Shown here: positions 1 through 8,843 of the stretch, piece by piece
Numbering within the stretch: the stretch's first letter is position 1
Layout: the number at the start of each line of letters is the position of its first letter
Notes under the pieces: model-generated
What the model was told of the DNA's origin: nothing
The model's database searches: none
The model's input: the letters and a program-made list of their open reading frames with translations, nothing else
From: Methanothrix sp.
GTDB taxonomy: Archaea > Halobacteriota > Methanosarcinia > Methanotrichales > Methanotrichaceae
Assembly (NCBI GenBank): GCA_963682135.1
Contig: OY821645.1
Location: forward strand, 2,944,001-3,008,000
Reading direction: 5' to 3'
DNA length: 64,000 bases
Program-made: the position numbers and the translations under genes

Positions 1-956
1 ACTTTGAATCCAAGAGGATGCTACCGATCTGGAAAGAGATGAAGCAGGAACTGAAAACCGTTCATTCTCAGGTATTGCAGGACGTGGTTCTGAGGGTTAA
101 CCTCGCATTCAGAGCCTTCTTCAAACGGGTTCAATCTGGCGAAGAAGAAGTTGGTTATCCTCGCTTCAAGGGAAAGAACAGATACGATAGCATCAGTTAT
201 CCACAGAGTGGCTTCTACATAGATGGCAACGTGATTTGGTTATCCAAGATTGGTGATATCAAATTCAAGTTGCATCGCCCCATTGATGGATGCATTAAGA
301 GACTGACCATCCGAAGATCATCAACCAAAAAATGGTATGGATCTTTCCTGGTTGAAGATGCCCAAAATCACATTCTGCAACCCTCTGATGAGATGGTCGG
401 CGTGGACATGGGTATCAAGAACTTCGCTGTGCTTTCCAATGGCGAGTTCATCGAGAATCCTAAATTCCTCCTAGCTGATGAAGAAAGACTCAAGAAGGCT
501 CAAAGCAAACGTGACAAGCTGCCAAAAGGATCTGCCAATAGAAGGAAAGCAAGCAAAATTGTAAGTCATCTGCACGAAAGGGTAACCAATCATAGAGAGA
601 ACTTTGCCCAACAACTGAGCCGAGAATGGATCAACAAATATGGAATAATAGCATTTGAAGACCTGAATATAATCAAAATGGTTCATAATCACAACCTAGC
701 GAAGAGCATATTGGATGCTGCTTGGAATAAACTGGTACAATATACTTCATACAAAGCGGAAGATGCTGGTAGGAAAGTAGTATTGGTTAATCCTGCAAAT
801 ACATCTCAGATATGCTCAAGCTGTGGTCAAATAGTCAAAAAGGATCTATCTATCAGAGTCCATAATTGTCCTTATTGTGGATTATCGATAGATAGAGATC
901 TCAATGCTGCTCTTAATATCGCAAGACTGGGGCTACAGTCTTTGGCATCAGCCTAG
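1..956 (+). CDS. tnpB: RNA-guided endonuclease TnpB (IS200/IS605 family, IS1341-like), 5' end outside the window
   Basis: The frame is open from base 3. Motifs: GYPRFK, RuvC-I GVDMG, RuvC-II AFEDL, Zn finger CSSC..CPYC, RuvC-III DRDLNAA. Confidence 0.95.
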   Translation, partial: FESKRMLPIWKEMKQELKTVHSQVLQDVVLRVNLAFRAFFKRVQSGEEEVGYPRFKGKNRYDSISYPQSGFYIDGNVIWLSKIGDIKFKLHRPIDGCIKRLTIRRSSTKKWYGSFLVEDAQNHILQPSDEMVGVDMGIKNFAVLSNGEFIENPKFLLADEERLKKAQSKRDKLPKGSANRRKASKIVSHLHERVTNHRENFAQQLSREWINKYGIIAFEDLNIIKMVHNHNLAKSILDAAWNKLVQYTSYKAEDAGRKVVLVNPANTSQICSSCGQIVKKDLSIRVHNCPYCGLSIDRDLNAALNIARLGLQSLASA

Positions 957-988
957 ATGCCCGCCAATTCATTTGCGGGAGTGGTCAC
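957..988 (+). mobile_element. IS605-family right end / 3' part of the TnpB omegaRNA scaffold
   Basis: Hairpin CCCGC-CAATTCATTT-GCGGG right after the tnpB stop, followed by AGTGGTCAC; the terminal TCAC is typical of these right ends. Confidence 0.7.
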
Positions 989-993
989 TTGAT

Positions 994-2895
994 ATGAAAG
1001 ACAAAAAGCTATTAGAAGAGTTTAGGAAGATTCATCCTGAAAAGTTCGCATCAGAGGATGAGATCTTCTCTCACATCCATGCCGGCGACCGCATCTTCAT
1101 CGGCACGGGCTGCGGCGAGCCGCAGTATCTGGTCTTAGCCTTGGTAAATTACGTCAAGAACCATCCCAAGGCCTTCTTCGATGCCGAGTTGATTCACGTT
1201 TGGACGCTGGGGGTCGCGCCTTACACCGATGAGAAGCTTCAGGAGAACTTCCGGCTCGACTCCTTCTTTGTGGGCGACAGCACCAGAAATTCCGTCAACC
1301 GCGGCGCTGCCGACTACACACCTGTCTTCCTCTCCCAGGTTCCCGACCTCTTCCGCTCAGAGCTCATACCGGTGGATGTGGCCCTCATCCAGACCTCTCT
1401 GCCCGACAAGCACGGCTATTTGAGCCTGGGAATCAGCGTGGATGTGGTCCAATCAGCCGTCGAGATGGCTGAGCTGGTGGTGGCTCAGGTCAATACGAAT
1501 ATGCCTCGCACCCACGGTGACGGTTTCATAAATATTAAAGACATTGATTACATTCTGCCTCATGACGAGCCTCTGCTGGAATATTCGGTCAAAGCGCCAA
1601 ATGACATTGTGCAGAGCATCGGAAGATATGTAGCCCGCATCATCGAAGACGGCTCGACCATCCAGGTGGGCTACGGGCTGATCCCGGATGCAGTAGTTCC
1701 CAATTTGATGGATAAAAAGGATCTGGGAGTTCATACCGAGCTGCTCAGCGACGGCATTGTCAATCTCATGAAGAGAGGGGTTGTCACCAATCGCAAGAAG
1801 ACCCACAACCCCGGCAAGACCATCGCCTCCTTTTGTATGGGAAGCCGTGACACCTACGATTTCCTGGACGAGAATCCCGCTGTGGAATTCAAACGGATCG
1901 ATTACACCAACCATCCCCTCATCATTGCCCGCAACCGGCTCATGACTGCTATCAACAGCGCTATGGAGTTGGATCTGACCGGTCAGGCCACGGCAGAGTC
2001 GCTGGGCGGAACCTTCTACAGCGGCATCGGCGGACAGGCGGATTTCATGCGGGGAGCAGTTCTGGCTCCGGGAGGAAAGACCATCCTGGCTCTGCCCTCC
2101 ACTGCTTTGAATGAGAGCGTCTCTCGAATTGTTCCCACGCTTCAGGATGGGGCGGGAGCCACCCTGAACCGGGGAGATATTCGCTATGTAGTAACTGAAT
2201 ATGGCATTGCCTATCTGCACGGCAAGAACATTCGGGAGAGAGCCATGGATCTCATCGCCATCGCTCATCCTAAATTTCGGCCCTGGCTTATGGAGACAGC
2301 CCGCAAGAGGGCTCTCATCTACAAAGATCAGGTCTTCATTCCCGGAGAGAAGGGAATCTATCCAGAGGAGCTGGAGATCTACAGGACCACCCGCAAAGGA
2401 CTCAATCTGCTTATGCGGCCTGCCAAGATCACGGACGAGTCGCTGCTAAAAGACTTCTTTTATGATCTATCAGAGGATAGCCTTTACAAGCGTTTCTTCT
2501 CGGTTCGAAAAGACATGCCTCACAAGAGGCTGCAGGATTTCGTGGCTGTGGACTACAGCAAAAAGATGGAGATATTAGCCACGATTGTGGAGAAGGAAAA
2601 AGAGATCATTATCGGCCTGGGTCAGTATGAGCTTAATTCGGATATGCATTCGGCAGAGGTCGCCATGGTGGTAAGCGACAAGTTCCAGGGGCTGGGCATA
2701 GGCAGAGAGCTTCTTTCCTATCTAATCTATCTGGCAAAAAGGCAGGGATTGCTCGGGTTTACAGGAGAGGTGCTGGTGGAAAATAGATCTATGGTGGGCC
2801 TCTTCGAGAAGATGGGATTTGATACCGAGAAGAGGAGCGAAGAGGAGGTTTATGAGATGCGCATGTGGTTTAGCAGAAGAGGGGAGCGGGAATAG
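994..2895 (+). CDS. Acetyl-CoA hydrolase/transferase fused to a C-terminal GNAT acetyltransferase
   Basis: GTGCGEP, GVHTE, GIGGQADF and VVTEYGIA motifs; GNAT VSDKFQGLGIG. The start was moved to ATG 994 (MKDKK) because the upstream part overlaps tnpB. Confidence 0.9.
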   Translation: MKDKKLLEEFRKIHPEKFASEDEIFSHIHAGDRIFIGTGCGEPQYLVLALVNYVKNHPKAFFDAELIHVWTLGVAPYTDEKLQENFRLDSFFVGDSTRNSVNRGAADYTPVFLSQVPDLFRSELIPVDVALIQTSLPDKHGYLSLGISVDVVQSAVEMAELVVAQVNTNMPRTHGDGFINIKDIDYILPHDEPLLEYSVKAPNDIVQSIGRYVARIIEDGSTIQVGYGLIPDAVVPNLMDKKDLGVHTELLSDGIVNLMKRGVVTNRKKTHNPGKTIASFCMGSRDTYDFLDENPAVEFKRIDYTNHPLIIARNRLMTAINSAMELDLTGQATAESLGGTFYSGIGGQADFMRGAVLAPGGKTILALPSTALNESVSRIVPTLQDGAGATLNRGDIRYVVTEYGIAYLHGKNIRERAMDLIAIAHPKFRPWLMETARKRALIYKDQVFIPGEKGIYPEELEIYRTTRKGLNLLMRPAKITDESLLKDFFYDLSEDSLYKRFFSVRKDMPHKRLQDFVAVDYSKKMEILATIVEKEKEIIIGLGQYELNSDMHSAEVAMVVSDKFQGLGIGRELLSYLIYLAKRQGLLGFTGEVLVENRSMVGLFEKMGFDTEKRSEEEVYEMRMWFSRRGERE

Positions 2896-2910
2896 CGGAG
2901 TGGACGGAAT

Positions 2911-3495
2911 ATGAGAAAGCTCATAATAATAAGAATCGTGCATGCTCCTACTGACATGGGCTCTGCAGGAGCAGGGCTGGAAAAGGCAGGCATATCAACT
3001 CTGGGAAAGCAGCGCTGGCTGGAAAACCAGAAGAAGATCGAGAACTTCTGGCTGGAACTGGAAAAAGAGGTGGACGATATGGGCCTGGATATGGAGAAGC
3101 TGCGCATCTACCAGGACGGCCTGCCCTGCGCCGGGGCTCTCGGGGAGCGAATTGTGCGGGAGACGGCAGCCAAAGGCAGCAAAAACTATCAGATTGTGCA
3201 AAAGCTGATGGAGAGGGGCGCCAGTATCGAGGCGACGGAGAGCCCTGATCTGCTTCGCCGGGAGTACGGCTACATCAAAGCGCTCCTGGAAGCCAAGAGC
3301 AATGAAGAGAGACGGGCGGCTGAGGAGCGATACAACCAGGTTAAAGATAAGCTTCTGGAGGAGAGAGATCAATTCATCGCTCGGGCCATTGATGCCACTC
3401 TGGCGGAGGGAGAGACGGGTCTGCTCTTCATCGGAGCCTCGCATAACGTGCTCCCCAAGATAGCTGGTGATATTGAGGTGAAGTGCCTGGATTAG
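2911..3495 (+). CDS. Conserved hypothetical protein
   Basis: 194-aa ORF 15 nt after the previous gene; charged, alpha/beta-like, ending in LFIGASH. Confidence 0.75.
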   Translation: MRKLIIIRIVHAPTDMGSAGAGLEKAGISTLGKQRWLENQKKIENFWLELEKEVDDMGLDMEKLRIYQDGLPCAGALGERIVRETAAKGSKNYQIVQKLMERGASIEATESPDLLRREYGYIKALLEAKSNEERRAAEERYNQVKDKLLEERDQFIARAIDATLAEGETGLLFIGASHNVLPKIAGDIEVKCLD

Positions 3496-3831
3496 GCGGA
3501 TTGGAATGGAATACGAGTCAACTACTCGCCAATGAATTGGCGAGCTTGCCTCTACGCAAAAAGTCGCGAGGCGTAAGGGTGGCTGACTCTTCATGCTGAC
3601 TGCATTGTGGCGGGCTCTACCGCTGGCACCCCACCTATCCAGAGAAGCATCCTCTGTCATACTATCAGCTAGACCAGTTACCCGGTCTCATGCTCTGGAA
3701 AGGCTGTTTTGTCCCCCAGCGTCTGAGCGATTTGGTGATGAAGCTGTTTTATCCCTACAAAATGAGGGTGCCCTACCGTTTCAGGTACCGCTCTGCCTGA
3801 TCATGCAAAACACACATCGGGAGGTAGATTT

Positions 3832-4698
3832 GTGAGCATAAATAACTTACGGCGGGGTACGCTCCTCCTGCCACTGAAGAGACAGGAATCCGCTACCCCT
3901 GCATCCCAACGAGTCTTGAAGCCCACTACTGCCAGATATGCCATAGCTGCCTGGAGGCCGGTGCACCTCACCGATACCATAATGCTGGCGGACAGAGTCC
4001 ATGAGGCTCTGGTCAGCCTCTCCGATGGCTCAAGCGTCTTTACCGGTTGCGACAGTCACCGAGATCCGCTGCACGGGAACAGGCATGCCTATATCTTTTG
4101 CGAATCGAATAGCGGGCCGGAAAAGGGCGATGGCGGGGAGATCACTCACATCGTCGTTTACGCACCAATGGGCTTTGAGTTGGGTGATCTGAAGGCCCTG
4201 GAGGATCTGAAGGAGATCTGGGGAGAGAATGATCTCCGTGGTTTAGTGACTTTGCAGGGATTTGGCCGGCCTGAGGATTTTGCCGGAAAGGATGCAGAGC
4301 ATGCTTTCTGCCCTCTGCTGTCCAGGTCGCAGGTCTGGGTATCTCGCACTCCATTCATCCCCACCCGGCATCCCAAGGTCACCAGAGCTGGCGCTCTCAA
4401 GCTGGATGCGACAGGCCTGCAGATAGGGTCTCCTGAGCACGAAGTCAGAAGGCTTCTCGAGCTGGAGCAGCTGCCTGAGATCACATCGGTCGAGCCGATT
4501 GCAGATACCCTTCTGGGAAAATCGCAGACTGGATGGTCAAGCTTCAGATTGCTGAGAGACAAAGGCCGGGGCAGGCGGGCAGGATGCTGGGGTTATGGAT
4601 TTAGAATTGTTTTTTCTCAGCCGGTGCAGGGGCCTGTGGCAGTCGGGTATGGCGCACATTTCGGCATGGGGCTGTTTGTGCCTGAGGTAGTCAGGTGA
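3832..4698 (+). CDS. csb2: Type I-G (I-U) Csb2-like protein, essentially only the Cas6-like C-terminal part
   Basis: HAY motif, W-x-S-x-TPF, and C-terminal Gly-rich loop GPVAVGYGAHFGMGLF. At 288 aa it is shorter than the typical ~500-aa Csb2. Adjacent to cas2 and an array. Confidence 0.8.
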   Translation: MSINNLRRGTLLLPLKRQESATPASQRVLKPTTARYAIAAWRPVHLTDTIMLADRVHEALVSLSDGSSVFTGCDSHRDPLHGNRHAYIFCESNSGPEKGDGGEITHIVVYAPMGFELGDLKALEDLKEIWGENDLRGLVTLQGFGRPEDFAGKDAEHAFCPLLSRSQVWVSRTPFIPTRHPKVTRAGALKLDATGLQIGSPEHEVRRLLELEQLPEITSVEPIADTLLGKSQTGWSSFRLLRDKGRGRRAGCWGYGFRIVFSQPVQGPVAVGYGAHFGMGLFVPEVVR

Positions 4699-4807
4699 AC
4701 CAGATAGTGGATGCAGCTTTAGAGCAGTCCGGGCAGGGAGGAGAGAAGAATGAACTGGATTGAGATAGTCTCTTTGCTGGCCAGCTTTGCTTCAATTTTG
4801 TGAGACC

Positions 4808-4924
4808 ACTCACCCGCTCTTTGGATACAAAATTAGCTACAGGAGAGTCCTGGAGGTGTCGCGACTTTTAGCCAGAGTTCTCTCCGGGGAGATTGAGGAG
4901 TATCCGGCATTCTGCACAAGGTGA
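4808..4924 (+). pseudogene. cas1: C-terminal remnant of type I-G Cas4/Cas1 (cas1)
   Basis: Translates [38 protein letters not shown], matching the characteristic C-terminus of I-G Cas4-1. In-frame stop at 4766-4768, no full-length start, and it lies directly before cas2. Confidence 0.8.
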
Positions 4925-4949
4925 TCGGCATAAACATAAAGTGATTTGC

Positions 4950-5246
4950 ATGAGTGGGCTGCAGAGCTATGTGATAAGCTATGATATAATGGAGCCGAGA
5001 AGGCTCGTAGAGGTGCATAAGACCATGATGGGCTACGGCCAGCCGCTTCACTATTCCGTCTTCCGCTGCGACCTGAATTCAAAGGGCATGAATGCTATGG
5101 TTGCTGATCTGGATAGAATAATCAATCACAAGGAGGACAGGATAATGATCATTGACATGGGGCCGGCTGAAGGCCGGGTGGATGAGAAGATCAGGTTCTT
5201 GGGAATAAAGCAGAAGTGGGAGAATCACAGGGCCAGGATCTTCTAA
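4950..5246 (+). CDS. cas2: CRISPR-associated endoribonuclease Cas2
   Basis: YVISYDI..RRL..HKTMMGYG..LHYSVFRC; 98 aa; upstream of the leader. Confidence 0.93.
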   Translation: MSGLQSYVISYDIMEPRRLVEVHKTMMGYGQPLHYSVFRCDLNSKGMNAMVADLDRIINHKEDRIMIIDMGPAEGRVDEKIRFLGIKQKWENHRARIF

Positions 5247-5564
5247 TCAGTTGGAGGCAAAGAATAAATAGAAAGAGAGCGAAACAAATGCAAAGCTCTG
5301 CAAATTAAAAACCCTGCCAAGCCGGGGCCGTCCAACAGAGGGATGGATCTGAGCCTTAATCCCATTAGAAGCTAAAGCTTTTATATGAGATCTTTTGCGA
5401 GCGCCTCATTTATCCCCAAGACCCCAGGGGGTGCTCGCAGAGCCCATGCATATTGAAAGTGACCCTAAAATACAAAAATTTTAGAAGTATTTTGGGGCAA
5501 AAAGGGGAGGTGCTCGCAAATCGAGGAGAAATCCAATGCAGGCACAGTCCCGAAATGATACCCT
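5247..5564 (+). promoter_or_regulatory. CRISPR leader
   Basis: Non-coding stretch between cas2 and the first repeat, with GCGAGCGC / GTGCTCGCA (x2) inverted motifs and A/T tracts. Confidence 0.7.
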
Positions 5565-6450
5565 ATTTCCATTTCTGAAAAGAAGTGGCTCCATTGAAAC
5601 TGGCTTCAATCGGCCTTAAGTGTTTTCCCTGCAGCCACATTTCCATTTCTGAAAAGAAGTGGCTCCATTGAAACCCCTGTGGAGACAATGTAGTGGCCAA
5701 CGCAAATCGATTAATTTCCATTTCTGAAAAGAAGTGGCTCCATTGAAACCAGATAGCTGGAAACCGTAATTTACTGCCCCGGCTGGCATTTCCATTTCTG
5801 AAAAGAAGTGGCTCCATTGAAACCAGATAGCTGGAAACCGTAATTTACTGCCCCGGCTGGCATTTCCATTTCTGAAAAGAAGTGGCTCCATTGAAACCGC
5901 ACAAAAAGATAATGTATGAGATATAACAGTTGGTACAGTTGATTTCCATTTCTGAAAAGAAGTGGCTCCATTGAAACTCATTCTATTTTCATCATCGTTC
6001 CAAACAATGGACTCATACCATTTCCATTTCTGAAAAGAAGTGGCTCCATTGAAACGCTGTTTCATCGCTCTCTCCATTTTTTCGCAAGGAATACCAAATA
6101 TTTCCATTTCTAAAAAGAAGTGGCTCCATTGAAACACCTCTTTGATTGTATTTTCTCCACCACCCCTTAAATGCTCATTTCCATTTCTGAAAAGAAGTGG
6201 CTCCATTGAAACGCGCGAACAGCAGAATCAAAATCTTATATTCGTCTCTCACATTTCCATTTCTGAAAAGAAGTGGCTCCATTGAAACTCAATTGCGTCC
6301 TTGTTTTTTGTTGTGGTCATAACATCCTCTCCAATTTCCATTTCTGAAAAGAAGTGGCACCATTGAAACAAGCAAAGCTCTTCTCGCGGCTCATCAACTT
6401 TTTCTTTAGCCTAATTTCCATTTCTGAAAAGACGTGGCTCAAATTGAGAC
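5565..6450 (+). CRISPR. CRISPR array: 12 repeats (36 bp, ATTTCCATTTCTGAAAAGAAGTGGCTCCATTGAAAC), 11 spacers of 38-45 nt
   Basis: Repeats start at 5565, 5639, 5714, 5788, 5862, 5942, 6020, 6100, 6177, 6253, 6334 and 6414 (degenerate terminal). The 3' ATTGAAAC handle, upstream leader and distal degeneration give + orientation. Spacers 3 and 4 are identical. Confidence 0.98.
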
Positions 6451-6585
6451 GCCATAGATACTCGCAGCAACCCAGAACGGCCCAGCCCACAGGCGGCAGG
6501 CCTGGGGCGAGAGCCGAAAGACGGGCAAAGCCGCCATTCACTCATAGCCGATACATTTTTAGCTTTGGTGTACCATGGTTAACTC

Positions 6586-6930
6586 ATGAGTGCTTCCGAT
6601 AAGACGATTTCTTCTCCTGCAACGGTATCGATTGGAGCAAAAATAACTCCCGTGCAGGCCAGGCAAATCAGAGAGTTGATTGAAGCTGGGGCTTTTATTA
6701 ACGAGTCGGACTTCGTAAGAGATGCCATTCGCCACAGGCTGACGGAAATAAAGGTCATCAAGTGCCGGGATATCGACTACGATACCGCCAGAAAGGAAGT
6801 CGAAGGCTATTTCAAGCGTCGTGGAGAGGCATTTCCGGATGAAGCTGCTGAAGATCTGGAGCTTGACTTCGATCTTGTGATGAGAATCACACAGGAGCTG
6901 AGAAAAGAAGGCACATTGGAGGAAGCCTGA
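6586..6930 (+). CDS. Ribbon-helix-helix (CopG/Arc-like) domain protein with C-terminal HTH-like part
   Basis: IRELIEAGAFINESDFVRDAIR is an RHH signature. Confidence 0.7.
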   Translation: MSASDKTISSPATVSIGAKITPVQARQIRELIEAGAFINESDFVRDAIRHRLTEIKVIKCRDIDYDTARKEVEGYFKRRGEAFPDEAAEDLELDFDLVMRITQELRKEGTLEEA

Positions 6931-7121
6931 TGGACTATTACGAAATTGGAGATACCATTCATGGGTCTAAGATCTATGTAGAGGCCAGGAAGATCGAAGG
7001 CTACAGAGTAATAGTAAAAACAGGGAGACATAAGGCTCAGAGCGTTACGCTTATCGAAAATGCTAAGGCAGTCGTTGTTAAAAAATTAAAGTATGCTGCA
7101 AAGAAGCCAAACGAGCCTTAA
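6930..7121 (+). CDS. Small basic hypothetical protein
   Basis: 63 aa; translationally coupled (TGATG overlap) to the RHH gene. Confidence 0.5.
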   Translation: MDYYEIGDTIHGSKIYVEARKIEGYRVIVKTGRHKAQSVTLIENAKAVVVKKLKYAAKKPNEP

Positions 7122-7173
7122 GATTGAGATGGTAACTTCATTTACTATGTGCACTTATTAACCATAGAAACAA

Positions 7174-7398
7174 ATGCTAGGAACCAGGAGATTAGATAAT
7201 CAAATGTTCTCAGATAGTCTAAAGGCAAAAGAGGCTGTAACTGTTGATGAGGACGAAGTGTTGCTGAACCTTGAAGAAGCCAAAAAGCTCAAGGAATTTG
7301 AGGCCCATATTAAAAAATCGATTCAGCAGTTTGAGTCAGGCCTTGGCAGAACCTTTGACGATAAAGATGATTTTCTCAACTATCTTAGAAATCTCTAG
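7174..7398 (+). CDS. Small antitoxin-like protein
   Basis: The C-terminus IKKSIQQFESGLGRTFDDKDDFLNYL resembles RelB-type antitoxins; no toxin follows. Confidence 0.5.
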   Translation: MLGTRRLDNQMFSDSLKAKEAVTVDEDEVLLNLEEAKKLKEFEAHIKKSIQQFESGLGRTFDDKDDFLNYLRNL

Positions 7399-7509
7399 CT
7401 CTTCTAATTCAGTTCCAGAAGCTGCAAGTGGAGGATACGAAGGTGAGCGGAAGAAAATATAAAACTATGAAAAAATTATGAGTCTGACGACTCTGCTCAA
7501 AAAATGCGG

Positions 7510-7770
7510 CTATCTGCCGCAGCAGGGCGCAGTGTTTATCGTGCAGGAACCCTGGCCTGTGCAAGATGAGCCGCAGCCGGACTGGGGGCAGCTGGCCGCG
7601 CAGGAGGATGCTCCTTCAGCTCCAAGCGCGCATGGTCCGGTGCAGTTCTCCTGGCACCCCGTCTGCCCGCATGATTCATTGCTGGGGCAAACGCATGATC
7701 CAGCTTGTCCGAGAGACAATCCAATTCCTGCAAGCAGCAGGATAATTGATACAATTGCGAGTTTCTTCAT
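7510..7770 (-). CDS. Secreted cysteine-rich small protein
   Basis: Signal peptide MKKLAIVSIILLLAGIGLSLG followed by 13 Cys in about 62 aa. Confidence 0.75.
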   Translation of the reverse strand: MKKLAIVSIILLLAGIGLSLGQAGSCVCPSNESCGQTGCQENCTGPCALGAEGASSCAASCPQSGCGSSCTGQGSCTINTAPCCGR

Positions 7771-8091
7771 TTAAACCACTCTGCTAATCCTTTGAACGTC
7801 GCACGTTCACAACAGTCAGTTATCGCTATAGCATATGACGATTTGTATTTGGGCAAGACTCTTTTGGTTACTGGGTAATAGTGCGCTACAAATCGAAAAT
7901 GAATGCTTACTACATTTTATCAATTGATGCTAAAATCTCATTTCAATGAACATTTTCTGCCAGCCGGATGGACGATAAATGAATCTTGGAAATTGATTTG
8001 TCTATCTGGGGGGCAGAAAACTCTTTATAGTTCGACGATTGTCTTATATTATCAAGTTCACAATTGTGATAAAAGAGATCAAGGAGGAGCT

Positions 8092-8682
8092 ATGAAGATT
8101 ATTAGCCTGCTTCGTGCATTGGTCATTTTCAGTCTCATCGTCCTGCCTGCATGCTCGCAGCCGAGCCACAAGGACTGTTCCTGCATTCTCGGCAACTGCC
8201 CTGAAAAGACTGTGGACAGCTGCTGCAGCCAATCTTCCGATAGCTGCATCTCCATGAGCTGCAACTGTTCAGGCCAATTTGCATCTTATCAAGGGATGGA
8301 ATATTACGATCCCAGCGATTCGCATTTCAGGAAAGCAGGCTCGCGTTTGCCTGACAGGCAGGGGTTTGCTGGCCCGCAAAGCTGCAGCAACGCCGGTGCG
8401 TTATGCCCTGTGCCTCCAGCTTCACATAATAATAACCACGTCGGACCGCCGGATCCGGATGTAGTGGAATTTCTGCCCTCGTCAGCCAGGCAGGTATTCC
8501 AGGTGCTAGTTTCTGATGGACCTCTGACTCAAAAGGACATCATAAGCAAGACCGATCTCCCGCCAAGGACGGTGAGATATGCCCTGGGCAGGCTCAGGGG
8601 AGAGGATATGCTGGAAGAGCGCTTCTGCTTTCGCGATGCCCGGCAAAGCCTCTACGGCCTGAATGGAATGAATGCGAGGTGA
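8092..8682 (+). CDS. Hydrophobic N-terminus + Cys-rich region + MarR-like winged HTH
   Basis: AGGAGG before ATG 8092; C-terminal LPSSARQVFQVL..GPLTQKDI..LPPRTVRYAL..DARQSLY. Confidence 0.75.
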   Translation: MKIISLLRALVIFSLIVLPACSQPSHKDCSCILGNCPEKTVDSCCSQSSDSCISMSCNCSGQFASYQGMEYYDPSDSHFRKAGSRLPDRQGFAGPQSCSNAGALCPVPPASHNNNHVGPPDPDVVEFLPSSARQVFQVLVSDGPLTQKDIISKTDLPPRTVRYALGRLRGEDMLEERFCFRDARQSLYGLNGMNAR

Positions 8683-8843
8683 AGCCACCTCTCCGTTTTT
8701 CATGGCCTATGTATTTCAATTGCGGATGCTCGAAGCTAAATTGCCTCAGCACAAAGATATAAATAACTCCTTGGTTAACAATTGTGATCGGTGATATTAA
8801 ATGAGGGATCGCCTTTGCTGACGCGGAAATACAGCCGCATAGT

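Noticed and set aside
904-993. N-terminal extension of the acetyl-CoA hydrolase ORF
   Set aside because: It overlaps the tnpB end and the IS right end; the real start is more likely ATG 994.
3496-3831. Possible degraded N-terminal (Cas5-like) half of csb2, including ORF 3593-3835
   Set aside because: I could not recover the expected Csb2 N-terminal motifs (e.g. EWPPSPWR) in any frame by eye; this needs tblastn.
5593-5610. Hairpin between the repeat 3' end ATTGAA and TTCAAT in spacer 1
   Set aside because: A 6-bp match in a single spacer, compatible with chance.
5601-6413. Self-targeting spacers
   Set aside because: No match to this window was noticed by eye; an exhaustive alignment was not possible.
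5563-6602. ORFs over the CRISPR array (e.g. 5616-6206, 5563-5817)
   Set aside because: These are translations of repeats and spacers (recurring MEPLLFRNGN / FNGATSFQKWK), not genes.
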